DNA of 54,545 nt, counting the filler, from Sluysia triapertura (Eukaryota), in the NCBI GenBank assembly GCA_046118255.1. It is 4 parts of 4 records of this genome, joined end to end, with 100 filler letters (N's around TTAATTAATTAA, not from the genome) between each part and the next. Parts side by side here need not be neighbours in the genome. Positions count along the whole stretch, not along the records: positions 11,189 to 28,505 come from JBJNIA010189496.1; 3 more parts are not named here. One strand, written 5' to 3'. A program made the position numbers and the translations under genes. Shown here in pieces: positions 12,990 to 23,973 of the stretch. The notes below the pieces were generated by a model that did not search any database, was not told the DNA's origin, and saw only the letters and a program-made list of their open reading frames with translations. Each line of letters begins with the position of its first letter. Position 1 is the first letter of the stretch.

Positions 12990-13355
12990 TTACTTTGTTT
13001 TGCAATGTATTTTTTAATCTGTCTCTTTTAGTACGATTAAATCGTTCAATCAATAATGATGAACTGCATGTTTTTCTGATACTTATTCACTCTTTACCTA
13101 AATCAATTCGAAAATTTATATGTTTGTCGTTTTTAATTAATATCGATACCGCTTTACTCACATCTCTACCACTATTTGAAAACACAGCAGCACAATTTAA
13201 AATATTTTTGTAGCCTTTATTAATTTTTGAATATGGAATCATATCCATTAAATCAGCTTGCCATAATTCATTTGTTCCTTTGCTTTATATTTACGTGATG
13301 GAAATCTTGGCCTCATTGGTTTTCTAAGTGGTGTGCTAACTGATTTTTTAATCAT
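12990..13355 (-). mobile_element. Maverick/Polinton-type retroviral-like integrase pseudogene
   Basis: From ATG at 13355 (minus): LRKPMRPRFPSRK / KGTNELWQADLMDMIPYSKINKGYKNILNC / NFRIDLGKE / IERFNRT. These match Polinton integrase motifs LHKP.R..FP.R, WQADL, TD.GKEF and ERFNRT. Frameshifts, deletions and 3' truncation are present. Confidence 0.85.
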
Positions 13356-13999
13356 TTTGTCGTCTCTTTTTATGCTTGCTTCTCTACTACTGCGTAATCA
13401 ACTAGATACTTTTATCGATTTCGTTTTCGTCATCCAAGAGTCCTTACCCATCTGCTACCATACTGTTTAGAGTAAAACTACAGCAGTTTAGCACCCATTC
13501 ATAGCGATTGTGTTTCAATAATGTAAAGATTCATTTTTATTAATTTTCATAAATAAATAATTATGAATTCATCAAAATGATGACTATAAGAATCGCTTTG
13601 GAACTACGTGATAAGTTTTTCTAACCAAATTGATCTAAATAATGCTATTTGATCTCAACATAAATCGCTTCAATTAAACTAAAGTTTGCTTTTCTTTTCT
13701 GAAATCGATTTAATGTGATTAATTATTGGTTTTTCAGTTAAAACTTATAATTCTTCATAATAAAATTTTCTTGCTGCAGTCCATACACATTACACTTTGC
13801 AGTTAATTTGTACTCTTGACACCATTTATTTAAATGTTTTGTTTTAAATGTTTTGTGAATTTAGATGGAGCTAATTGAAGTAGAAATAGTTTATTCATGC
13901 ATAAAACTTGAGTTATTATGTTAGTATCAGTTATAAGTAAATTATAGACTATCTTATTACAATTAAAAATTTTAAATAAATCAAATTTAATTGAATTGT

Positions 14000-15480
14000 A
14001 CATTATATTTTTCTGATAAATAAAGTCGAGGAACAAAACATAAATTTTTTATCCTAAAATTTAATAGGACACAAAGATTAAATGTTAATTTATCATTTCT
14101 GATATTCGGCGAAATGTTCGCATTCTGCACATTTCTCTAATTGTGGATTCCTAAAATAAAAGAGATCAACATTAAATAATGTTCGAAAACAAAAGAATAA
14201 AATTACTTTATACTCAAAGTCATCTGCGGTTAATAAGTTGGGATATTTCAACGACATCATTATCATTCTTATTACAAGTCGATTTGTTGCTTTCATTAAG
14301 ATCTTGTGTTGCCATTATTGGATTGTTTACGCGTCGTACATGATCATAACTATCCTTTGATTTAGTATCGATATAATGAATTTCATAGATATTATGGCAA
14401 TCGTCGCAAAATGGTCCAAATTTACTGCATTGACCTAATTCATTCGATTGGAATGGGCATAGTGTGGTTCTAAATAGTTTATAATTTTGTTATTGTGAAA
14501 TAACGTCGATTGAAAGAACAAAATTGTTTGCGACATTAAGTTCTGTTGAATAATCTGCTGTGATTTTACTATGACATGCGTTGGCATTATATGTATCAAG
14601 ATTTGATAGAAGTTTACTAACATTCGTACTTTTATCTTTTATAGAGTCATCCATACACATGAACTTCGTTGAGGCATCGAGGAATATGGGGTAATTAAGG
14701 TGTAACAGAAAATTTAACTACTAAGTCGAAATCAATTTTTAAAGTATTCATTTCTTTTAACATTATGTATAATATAACCACACCATTACGATATTTCATG
14801 AGCAATTTTAAATTGCTATTCATTTCTTGTGTAACATCATTTAATCTCCAAACGTTTGAAGAAGAAAACACTTTGTTCTTGATTAAAATTTTATATACAA
14901 ATGTGAGAAAAATATGATGCCATAATGATTTAAGAAATTTCGGACGTATGTTAAATGATAGTTCATGAATTCGTATAATATACTGATTGAAATTGATTAG
15001 GTCACTTAGAGACAGAATTTATGATGATTGTCGACCACGATGTACTTTCGGCATCGAAGACAAATCTAAAAACTAAGTAATGAATTGTTTGTATTTTGTT
15101 TAGTTTCAGATAGAAACTTGCAACCATCTGGAGCAGAAATGGTCTGGAGGATACATTAATTAGAGAAGAAGACTGATAAGATAACATTTTATATCTTGGA
15201 TATGAATCAGTGAAATGAAAATTTAAGGGTTTTATTGGATTATGTTCATAAACTAAAAGATCATATGAAATGCTTGATACATTTTTGTCATTTAAATCGC
15301 ATGAGTAGTTAGAGTCACTATTAGCTTTGACTAAATTATTAGGTTCATTTACATGATTATCTAAATGAATTAACATTTATTGACTAACTTGTTCAATTGC
15401 CTTTACTTTAAATTCATTACATTTCAATGCATCGTTATCACTGTTGTGATGTGTTATTTGTTTAGACAACATTTTTTAGA
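14000..15480 (-). pseudogene. Disrupted gene with a CCCH-type zinc finger and a C-terminal CxxC
   Basis: Chain of broken minus-strand frames, including ORF 15002-15376. 14394-14483 reads YKLFRTTLCPFQSNELGQCSKFGPFCDDCH (C-x9-C-x6-C-x3-H). An apparent short intron precedes LEKCAECEH. Confidence 0.5.
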
Positions 15481-15716
15481 TTAGGAAATCGTCTTTTAAT
15501 TATTAACAGCTTTATTTTAGAATAATAAGCACAATTTGACTTAAATTTTTCAATGATAAAAAAGATGAGATATATTACAAAACTAATTAAATATTTGTCT
15601 AGTATATTGACTTTACAAATTGTGTAGAATACATTGATTTTTTACTACTGCCTGAAAAAATGAGAATGAGTTTCAATTGTTTATTTTGTGTATGTCTTTT
15701 ATTAGTTACTATGTTG

Positions 15717-15886
15717 TGATTGGACGTCCACTAAGAGATGATAATAATTACAAAAACAATGACATTGATTGGACGTCCAATCAGACCAAAATTACTGAAC
15801 AACAAACTCATCATTTTGGTATCTATCATCGGTAGACAGTTAAAACGACATGTTGAGTTAACTTTAATTAAACTGTCTACTGATGA
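15717..15886 (-). promoter_or_regulatory. CCAAT palindrome plus spaced inverted repeat upstream of the CCCH pseudogene
   Basis: Perfect 18-bp palindrome TGATTGGACGTCCAATCA at 15766-15783, with a partial copy at 15717. Inverted repeat TCATCGGTAGACAGTT (15826-15841) / AACTGTCTACTGATGA (15871-15886). Regulatory function is inferred. Confidence 0.45.
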
Positions 15887-18608
15887 CAGACCATGGAATA
15901 AAATTTGTTACCAGGCAAAATTAATAATTAAAATAAATATTGTGTTAATGACTAAAATGATAATAATAAAAGATAATAATGATAATAAAGATGACTTAAT
16001 AATAATAATAAAATTAAAATTAATAATAATAAATTAATAATAATAATACAGTAATAATAACGATAATAATAATAATAAAATATATATAAAAATTTCCACA
16101 TAAACTTTTATCTTTACAACATAGATTTCTTAAATTAAATAAATAAAATTTCTTAAATGAAATTAATCTTGTAAAATAAATTTCTTTTCCTTTTAACTTT
16201 CTTTTCTTTAGTTTCATTATATGATCCTAATTAAAGTGTTAAATAATGTTTGTTGAAAAATTGTGAATTTGAAATGTTTTGAATTATTTAATGTCTTTGA
16301 AAATTTAAGGTGTAAATTGTGATTCTAATGTTGTGGAATTGTGAGTTAAGAGTGTTTTAAATGAGATTTGAAATGTAAGTATAATTTTAAAGTTACGAAT
16401 TTAAAGTGTTTTGAAATGAAAATGGTTTTAATGGATCTAAAAAAAGGATGTAAATATAAAATGTTAATAAATGAGATATTATGAATGAGGTGATTGTTTT
16501 GAATTTTTTAAGTTAAAAAGTTGGCCACCACATACATTTTACATACTTAATGAATATCCGTCTCATTTGTTTGCACAGTGATTATGCCGACTGATTTCTC
16601 AATCAATTTGTGGCCTCTTTTTTCATTTTTTTCGAAACTTTTGCTAGTGTTTCAACTTCGGTAAAACTATTTATATTCTTTAGATTGAATGATATTTTCA
16701 TTAATTCTGTCTTCTCATTGATTCTATATTACAACATGCAGATTAATAATTGGTAAATTTCATAATGTCCATAATTTATATATAGTTTGCATTCATTATG
16801 TTTCTCCAAATCTACGACTTATTAATCCACCAGCAAGTGATGCCACCATGAGAAGTAATTCAACAACAAACCTAGAATACTTAGTAAAGGTAACAAAATT
16901 CCCAATCTACATCACATATTCCTAGATCATTTAATAGAATCCATATCTCATAACTTTTAAAATAAATTTATTTATAACATTACTCAATAAACTATTTCAA
17001 TAATAATATTCCATAAAACTAATTTATTCTACAGATAATCTACAGTCTCAAACATTTTATACTAGATTAAAGCTATATCATATCATAAGTCATTAAATTC
17101 ACTACACATCCATGCGTTTTCAGACTACGAAATGACAATATTTCACAAAAGAAAATCCACACATTACGTTATTCAGTGCATTCACCAAATTCATAAACGG
17201 ATAAAAATAAGACATATAAATTTCAAATACTATGTGCAAGACTTATTAATAAAACAAACTCAACCTGCAACTCGGAAAACACTGAGTGAACATCAAATAA
17301 GTCTCTATACTTCCTGCATCTAAAAACTTTAAAACCAATTAACAAACAACATTATTCACTAAACTATTTCGTTCTTTAGCCATTTAACAATAACTTTTTA
17401 GTAAATAACACGATATATAAATAAATAATACCATTCTCACTATCAAGAATTTCAGATTTCATACAGAAATTTTGTACTTGATTGATTTTATCTTTAATTT
17501 AAATTGATATATTATTTATACAGTAAGCATTAATATAATAGTAATGTTAAATTTTGATTTTATTATGTTAATAAGTAAGGAGATTGTTCTTAACAAATCC
17601 ATTTTTTGCTGGTATTTGCTAGAGATGATAAACTTGAGGTCATAGGAAATTATCATCAAACTTCACTTATTAAAATTGGCCGGTGTAGTGTTCAACTCAT
17701 TCACAAACTATCAACAAACTCAACTACAAATATTCCATACCCAGTACAACTTTAATAAAATATAATACACTTTAAACATATATTTTCAATATACCTTATC
17801 TTAAATATAATATAATATATTCAGATTACAATAATTTATCATATAGCACTACTTCTAATCCGCTGATATCGCCTCTCCCAACTGCATCAACATTATGTTA
17901 ATTATCACACTCTTTTTTATTACAATTGTGTTTCATTTCCACTTATTCAAGAGCTTAAGACTACCTTCATAGAAACCAATGCTTAACCAAGATGAATAAG
18001 AAAGCGTTTTCAGATGTCTTTGAATATTTCTTTACTTTGTACAATATAGAAAAATGTGAAAAATGGAAAAGTGAAAATAATAAGCTTAATGTGGTGCAAG
18101 CTTGTGAACACATAGCAAGTTTAAGATTGCGTATGGCAAATTTGATTGTAGGAAACGGCGGAAAATTGTCAAGAGAGATGAAGAGCAAAAATTGCTTTTA
18201 TAGAAGAAGCATATGAATATGCTAAAATGAATTCAAATAGACGACACATTATTATTTATAACTTTATTTAAAATTGCGCATTTAATTATGTAATTTGTGA
18301 AATGCAAGTGATTAAAATATAATTGTAGTAATTTCAATTTTTTCTTAATTATGGAACCTTGTTTAAATAATCAAGATTAGAGATAAATTAATTTTCATAA
18401 TTTTAGTTTAAAAATTATAAATAAGGAGTCGATTATTTTCAAAATTGAATATGTTAATAAGAATTATTTACTGAAATTTAATGTGAACTTAAAGGAACAC
18501 TGCATTATTCTATCGTTTGATCTATATAAAATAATATTATATTCCAAGATCGTAATTTAAATAAAGTATTATTTAAAAATTGCCAAGAATTTGTACTCTA
18601 TTTATTTT

Positions 18609-18929
18609 ATGAGTTTATATTACGCAGTAACTAAAGGTAAGAAACCCGGAATTTATTCTTTCTGGGAAGAATACGAAGCAACAATCGAAAATTTTGATGG
18701 TGTTTATTTTCGAAAATTTTTTACGAAGCCCGATGCTATATTATTTTTGATGGAAAACAATCTTGTATCATCAAAATTTTATTATGCAATTGCAGCTGGT
18801 CATGTTACTGGAATTTATTTAAATCTGGATGATTGCAAGGAACAAATAAATCAATATTCTGGAGCATTTTTTAAAAAGTTTAAAACAGTTGATGAAGCAA
18901 AACATTTTATTGATAATTACAAAAAGTAA
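18609..18929 (+). CDS. Two tandem RNase H1 N-terminal hybrid-binding (Cauli_VI) domains; no catalytic domain seen
   Basis: MSLYYAVTKGKKPGIYSFWEEYEATIENFDGVYFRKFFTKPDAILFL and FYYAIAAGHVTGIYLNLDDCKEQINQYSGAFFKKFKTVDEAKHFI both fit YAV..G..PGIY..W..C...V..Y.GA.YKKF.T..EA..F. A possible donor gtaagt overlaps the stop codon. Confidence 0.85.
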   Translation: MSLYYAVTKGKKPGIYSFWEEYEATIENFDGVYFRKFFTKPDAILFLMENNLVSSKFYYAIAAGHVTGIYLNLDDCKEQINQYSGAFFKKFKTVDEAKHFIDNYKK

Positions 18930-19439
18930 GTTAATACTTTAAATATCCAAAATCCAAAACGAAAAAGAAAAAATGAAACTGAACTAAATAGTAGTCAATT
19001 AAGCGAAAATGTAAAAGCTTCTGTATGCTTTACAAGAACTTGAGAACGAGCCTTACGATTAAGATGAAAGCACGAGATCAATTTAATGAATTTTCAGATG
19101 TTAGTCCTAATGTATTAAATAGAGGAATTAAAGAAGTTTACCTTCAAAAAACAAAACCTTACCATCTCTTCAATTCTTTTATCATTGTTCTTTTTAAAAC
19201 TATTTTAGAGTCGAAAATGTGTGGTGTTGTTAGTTTTGAATTTGAATAAATTTCCGGATTTTATTATTTTGCTTTATTTGAAGCATTTAACTTTTTACAG
19301 TAATAAGGACCTTAAGTCCACTTATCTTAATATTAAATTTATACGCCTAAATTCTAAACAAGATAACACTATTATTCGGTCATTACATTAACCTTAAGAA
19401 TCTTTGGGATCTCGATAAGCATTAAAGAACTTTAAGTAA

Positions 19440-22290
19440 TATTATAAAGTCTTTGATATTTGTAAAATATTTGAGAAATAAAATAATTGTTGCAAATATT
19501 AAAAATAAATTTATTATGATAGGAATTAGAAAAAAAGTAGAAAAGGAATCAGATTGGTGAAGATGAAAGCGTCTAGAATCTCCTGAGTACTTTATAAAGC
19601 ATTAAACAGTTTCAGAACCTCATTAAAACCTTTAAACATAAAAATAAGATTGTCTTAAAATAGATTAATTAATTAAAATCCTAATTAACTTAATTAAGAA
19701 AAGTACGTTTTTGTAAATATCGTTTGAATGCGGAATATTATGTTAAATTTGAAACGGTGTATATATTTTTTGAAAAGACCGAGTTCATGTAAGGAAAGCC
19801 TTGAGCAAAGTCAAATTTAAATTAATTGTTAATTATGGAATGTTGAATTTTTAATACTTAGAATGATAAAAATATAAGATGATAGTTTTGAAAGAAGATA
19901 ATCTGGAATTGAGCTTGAAATGTCTAAAGAGTGGTTTGTCTGAGGATAAGAACCGTAAGCATTTTTCATTAGAAAATCTCGTGTGAAAAACCGAAAATCA
20001 TTTAAATTCATTATTTTTATGTATGATAACAATACTTGTGATTGTTATTTTAGTGTGAGAAGTGTTGAGGTAAAGACCTCAGGTCCCATTTAGAATAATG
20101 ATAGTATAATTTATAGCTCACTGGTCAGAGAATGCGAATGCACTTGGAGTAACTTTTCTTTGATGTCGAATTTTTGGGGGTACTTTGTTGCTCTACTATG
20201 TGCCTGGTGTTGTGGGTTCCTCCATGCTCATGTGGAGTTGCCCTCCGGGTCAGAATGGATGGATGGTACCTGAAACTATACCATTTTAAGGGAAAATGAT
20301 GCGAGTTGCTTCTCATTTGTACTAGGTACCAGATTCATTTTGTGCCTAGTCCTTATGAAGCAATGATAAATGTAACTATAATCTTCGATGATACTGATGG
20401 AAACGAAGAAGATGGTGGAAAAGAAAAAGAAAAAGATAAAATCACAGTCGATGAACCATAAGATGAAGACGAAGAAGATAATGACCAAGCTGATGATGAA
20501 GATCCGAACCAAGAAAAACATGATAATGATGATAAAGATTCTGAAGATGATGCAGATGCTGTTCCTCGTGATCTCGAAGAAGATGTTGTCCTTGTTGCAT
20601 ATGGAGATTAAGAAACTAATGATGATACATATTGAAGCTAATACCGATCCTGAAACTGAAAGAACATGCCGGTGGAGACGATGATGAAAATATAGATGCA
20701 GTTGGTGAAGGAAATGGCGGCGCAGATAACGATTCTGATGAAGAATATGATGATACCCATCCTGCTGTAGAAACCTCACCCGATGGGAAAAACATATTTG
20801 TGATATTGGAAATGCAGCTGTTTGTGAAGATGCTGATGGAGATGAATTAAAATGTGATAATGATCAAGAAGGCAATGCTGAAGAATGTTATAATAAAGAT
20901 GAAGATTCAATTCATGAAGAACATAAGATTGACGAAGACTATGAATAGAAGATAATGATTCCGATGATGAAGGTAATAATAACCATCATGCTGCTGAAAC
21001 CTCAACCCGGTGAGAACAACTTATTGGTGATGTAGCTACTCATGAAAAGAAGATGTTTCTCCTGATGAAGACGATGGTGATAATGACAACGATTATTCAG
21101 ATGTAGAAGAAGACTCCAAAGAAAAAGATGATGATGATAATACGGATGATGATACAGATTATGATACGGATGATGATACGGATGAGGACACAAATTCTGC
21201 TGCTGAAACTTAATCGCGAAGAGAAAAACGTGTTACAAATCATATTTGTCGCTGCTCGTGGTTATCAGAGAGTAGTTGTTTCTGTTCCAGTTATTCTTGA
21301 TTGGAAAGAATGTTTGTCATACCAATGCTGTATTTTTGGAACATTCGAGAGTTCCGTGACCAAACTGCTGCCGTTGTACAAGTTGTACATTTCTTAATAT
21401 CTGTTGCGATCCTACATTTATTTGTGAAATGTTTGAACTTTAATTGTCTGCATGCTGTTTATCATTTATGTAAACCAATCATTTTTATTGTTATTTTTAT
21501 TTCTTTGTTGTCGTTTTTCCTTTGTAATGAATGTAAGAGATTATCCTTTCATCCCATTCTCTAAGAGGTTGTCCTGCCACTCAAAACATATATCCTCTCG
21601 CCAGTTCTAAATTACGCATAGGAAGAAGTCCTGATTGAGTCTCACTTTTCATCCTTTCGCAAAACTAACCTTTCCTTTTTACTTCCTTATGCGAACCCTA
21701 CTACAAAAATTCTTATCTCTTTAAAAGATCAATCCTATGATATGTCCCCCGTTGTCCCACTATCTACATTAGGGCAGTTTCACGATCATTTTGGTAATTG
21801 AAAATTGGTAATTGGACAAGACGGATATTAAAACTGTCAATTTTTATTAAGTTTCAAATTAAATAAATTTTAATTAAATTAATTGACAAATGTGCTTCAA
21901 TACTTTACAAATAAAACCTCGTATTTTTCATTTTTGTGTTTTGATTCAAATATTTTATACGCTTATTTTGTTATTAAAATTCATCATAATACTTAACTTA
22001 ATTCCTCGATGTTTATTTTAATCTATTACCTTAATCCCAACAAATTCGTACTTACTCATGCTTTTTAGCAAAATTCTTCATTCTCTCGTCATTTCATAAA
22101 AGCTTTTTTCTTTAATTAAATTAATTAAGATTTTAATTAATTAATTTATATTTAGTATTTACTTATTTTGGTTTTAAAGTTTTTATAATGGTACCAAAAA
22201 TTACAACTCTTCATTTTTATAACTTATTTGCAGTAATTATTATTTTTTAAATTGATCTTCAAATTTTACTATTGCTTTTATTTAAAAATT
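19440..22290. mobile_element. Foldback-like segment with long diverged inverted arms
   Basis: 19622-19702 (..ATTAATTAATTAAAATCCTAATTAACTTAATTAAGAAAA) is the approximate reverse complement of 22103-22190. 19455-19510 similarly mirrors 22210-22275. Confidence 0.5.
20380..21220 (+). pseudogene. Asp/Glu-rich, internally repeated coding relic
   Basis: GAT/GAA-rich frames with stops and frameshifts. Repeated unit DNDSDEEYDDTHPAVETS (20725), DNDSDDEGNNNHHAAETS (20951), DDDTDEDTNSAAET (21169). Confidence 0.6.
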
Positions 22291-23229
22291 ATATTTAAAG
22301 ATTGTATTCAACACATAAAATAGTTATAGAAATTCTCAAATGCTTAAAAGTTTACAAAACATTTCACCGCTTCAAAATCTTAAAAGCGCAAAAGTTTTGA
22401 AATTATTAAAACATTTTCAAGTTACTTTAAAAATCTCTAAATGCTACGAATATCTTCTGAAACTTTAAGACATTCTTTAATGCCGAAGATGTCTGTTATT
22501 TTTTCAATAATATTTAATCGCTTTAAGTATATGCATTTGGACATTTTTATGTCTAGAAGTTGTACAGTTCCAACATATCTTTTAAGAACCCTAAAACTGT
22601 CACTATCATTATCATTAGTATTGTGAAATTTATATGAAAAATTGTGAAAAAATGAATAAAATATTAATAATTTGTGCCTTATTTGATGATACGCATGTTC
22701 AATACGTTTTTTATTCTCAGATTTTTATTTTTTCTCTATTATATATAAAAAATTTACATTTTATATAATAAAATGGTTCAATATCGCTTTTAAAATGAAA
22801 CAATTGTTTATTTCAAGGGTTTTATAGTTTGCTTTATTAAGCAAGTTTTATTCGAAAATTAATTGAATAAAAGGCATTATCTTAAATATTTTAAATTATA
22901 ATTCCATTTTTTTAAATTTCATTATTAAGCATTAAACATTTGTATTTATTTTATATAAAAAAATTATTCAAGTAAATTTAGATAATTTTATTATTAAAAT
23001 AAAACTATTGTTTAACCTATTATGAAAAATATTTTTATTGAATATAAGTTATTTTAGGTTAATATATAGATTTTATTTTATAAATATATAATGTATGAAC
23101 ATTTATTATGATCTATAATCATATTACGTTTTTGTTTAAATCTATCAATTTTATATACCTTTTTGGCGAATAATCCATTAAATTTGAACAGTTGAGTGAT
23201 TAGAAAATTTCATCTAATTCTGTTTTACA

Positions 23230-23973
23230 ATGTTTCCAACTAGGCCTCCGGTTAGTTTTTAATAAATTAAAGTTTTTTCATAAAATAATGATGCTTTTAT
23301 TAAAAACTCTATATTATTTTGTAATAGCCTGGTCAGTCATTTAATTTTAAAATTCCCGATGCATGCGATAGAATAAAGGAAGATTTTGCATATATGCAGC
23401 AACAGTATCATAGGTACATAATTTATTTAGTTATTCATTTTGTTTATTAAGTTTAAAATGTGAATATGACAAAGTATTACAAGAAAAACAAGAAATACAA
23501 CGTCATTATATTATGTATTATGAAATGTCATATGGATTAAATGTTGAAATGCACAAACAAGTAAATAAATAATCTCTTGGATTTAATTTAATATTTTAGA
23601 CCGAAATATCGAAACGATTAGGTGCTATTTTAGTTCAAGTTATTCCATTTTTGTCACAAGAAGTAATATATTTTAATTTATAGTAAAAATATTATTACAT
23701 ATTAAGCATCAGTCTCAAGTGGCCGCAGCAGTAGAACGTGCTAAACAAGTTACAATACCAGATTTAAATTCTTTAATGTCTGTAAGTGTTAATTTGATTC
23801 TTTTCTCTATGCTTATTTATTATTTACTTTTAGCAACAAAATGATGACAAATTTCCAAAATTTCACAATGGTGCTAATTTTAACTTAACGCCAGAGCATT
23901 TTGAGTTCTATAAAGTTTGTTTTATTTTTGAATATTAAGACTAAAATATTGGTAGCCACTAGTGATTTTATAA
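23230..23973 (+). CDS. Groucho/TLE family Q-domain protein, short AES/TLE5-like form (~150 aa, 7 exons)
   Basis: Exons 23230-23250, 23328-23413, 23452-23560, 23600-23662, 23707-23781, 23834-23914, 23956-23973, separated by GT-AG introns of 77, 38, 39, 44, 52 and 41 nt. Translation [109 protein letters not shown] is an unmistakable TLE_N domain. The last exon (PLVIL*) is less certain. Confidence 0.95.

Noticed and set aside
15738-16217. Ile-rich ORFs here and at 30392-30661
   Set aside because: Translations of AAT/ATC microsatellite tracts.
20276-21397. His-rich and Met/Lys-rich ORFs (20276-20779, 20388-20684, 21002-21193, 21128-21397)
   Set aside because: Shadow frames of the GAT/GAA-rich acidic pseudogene.
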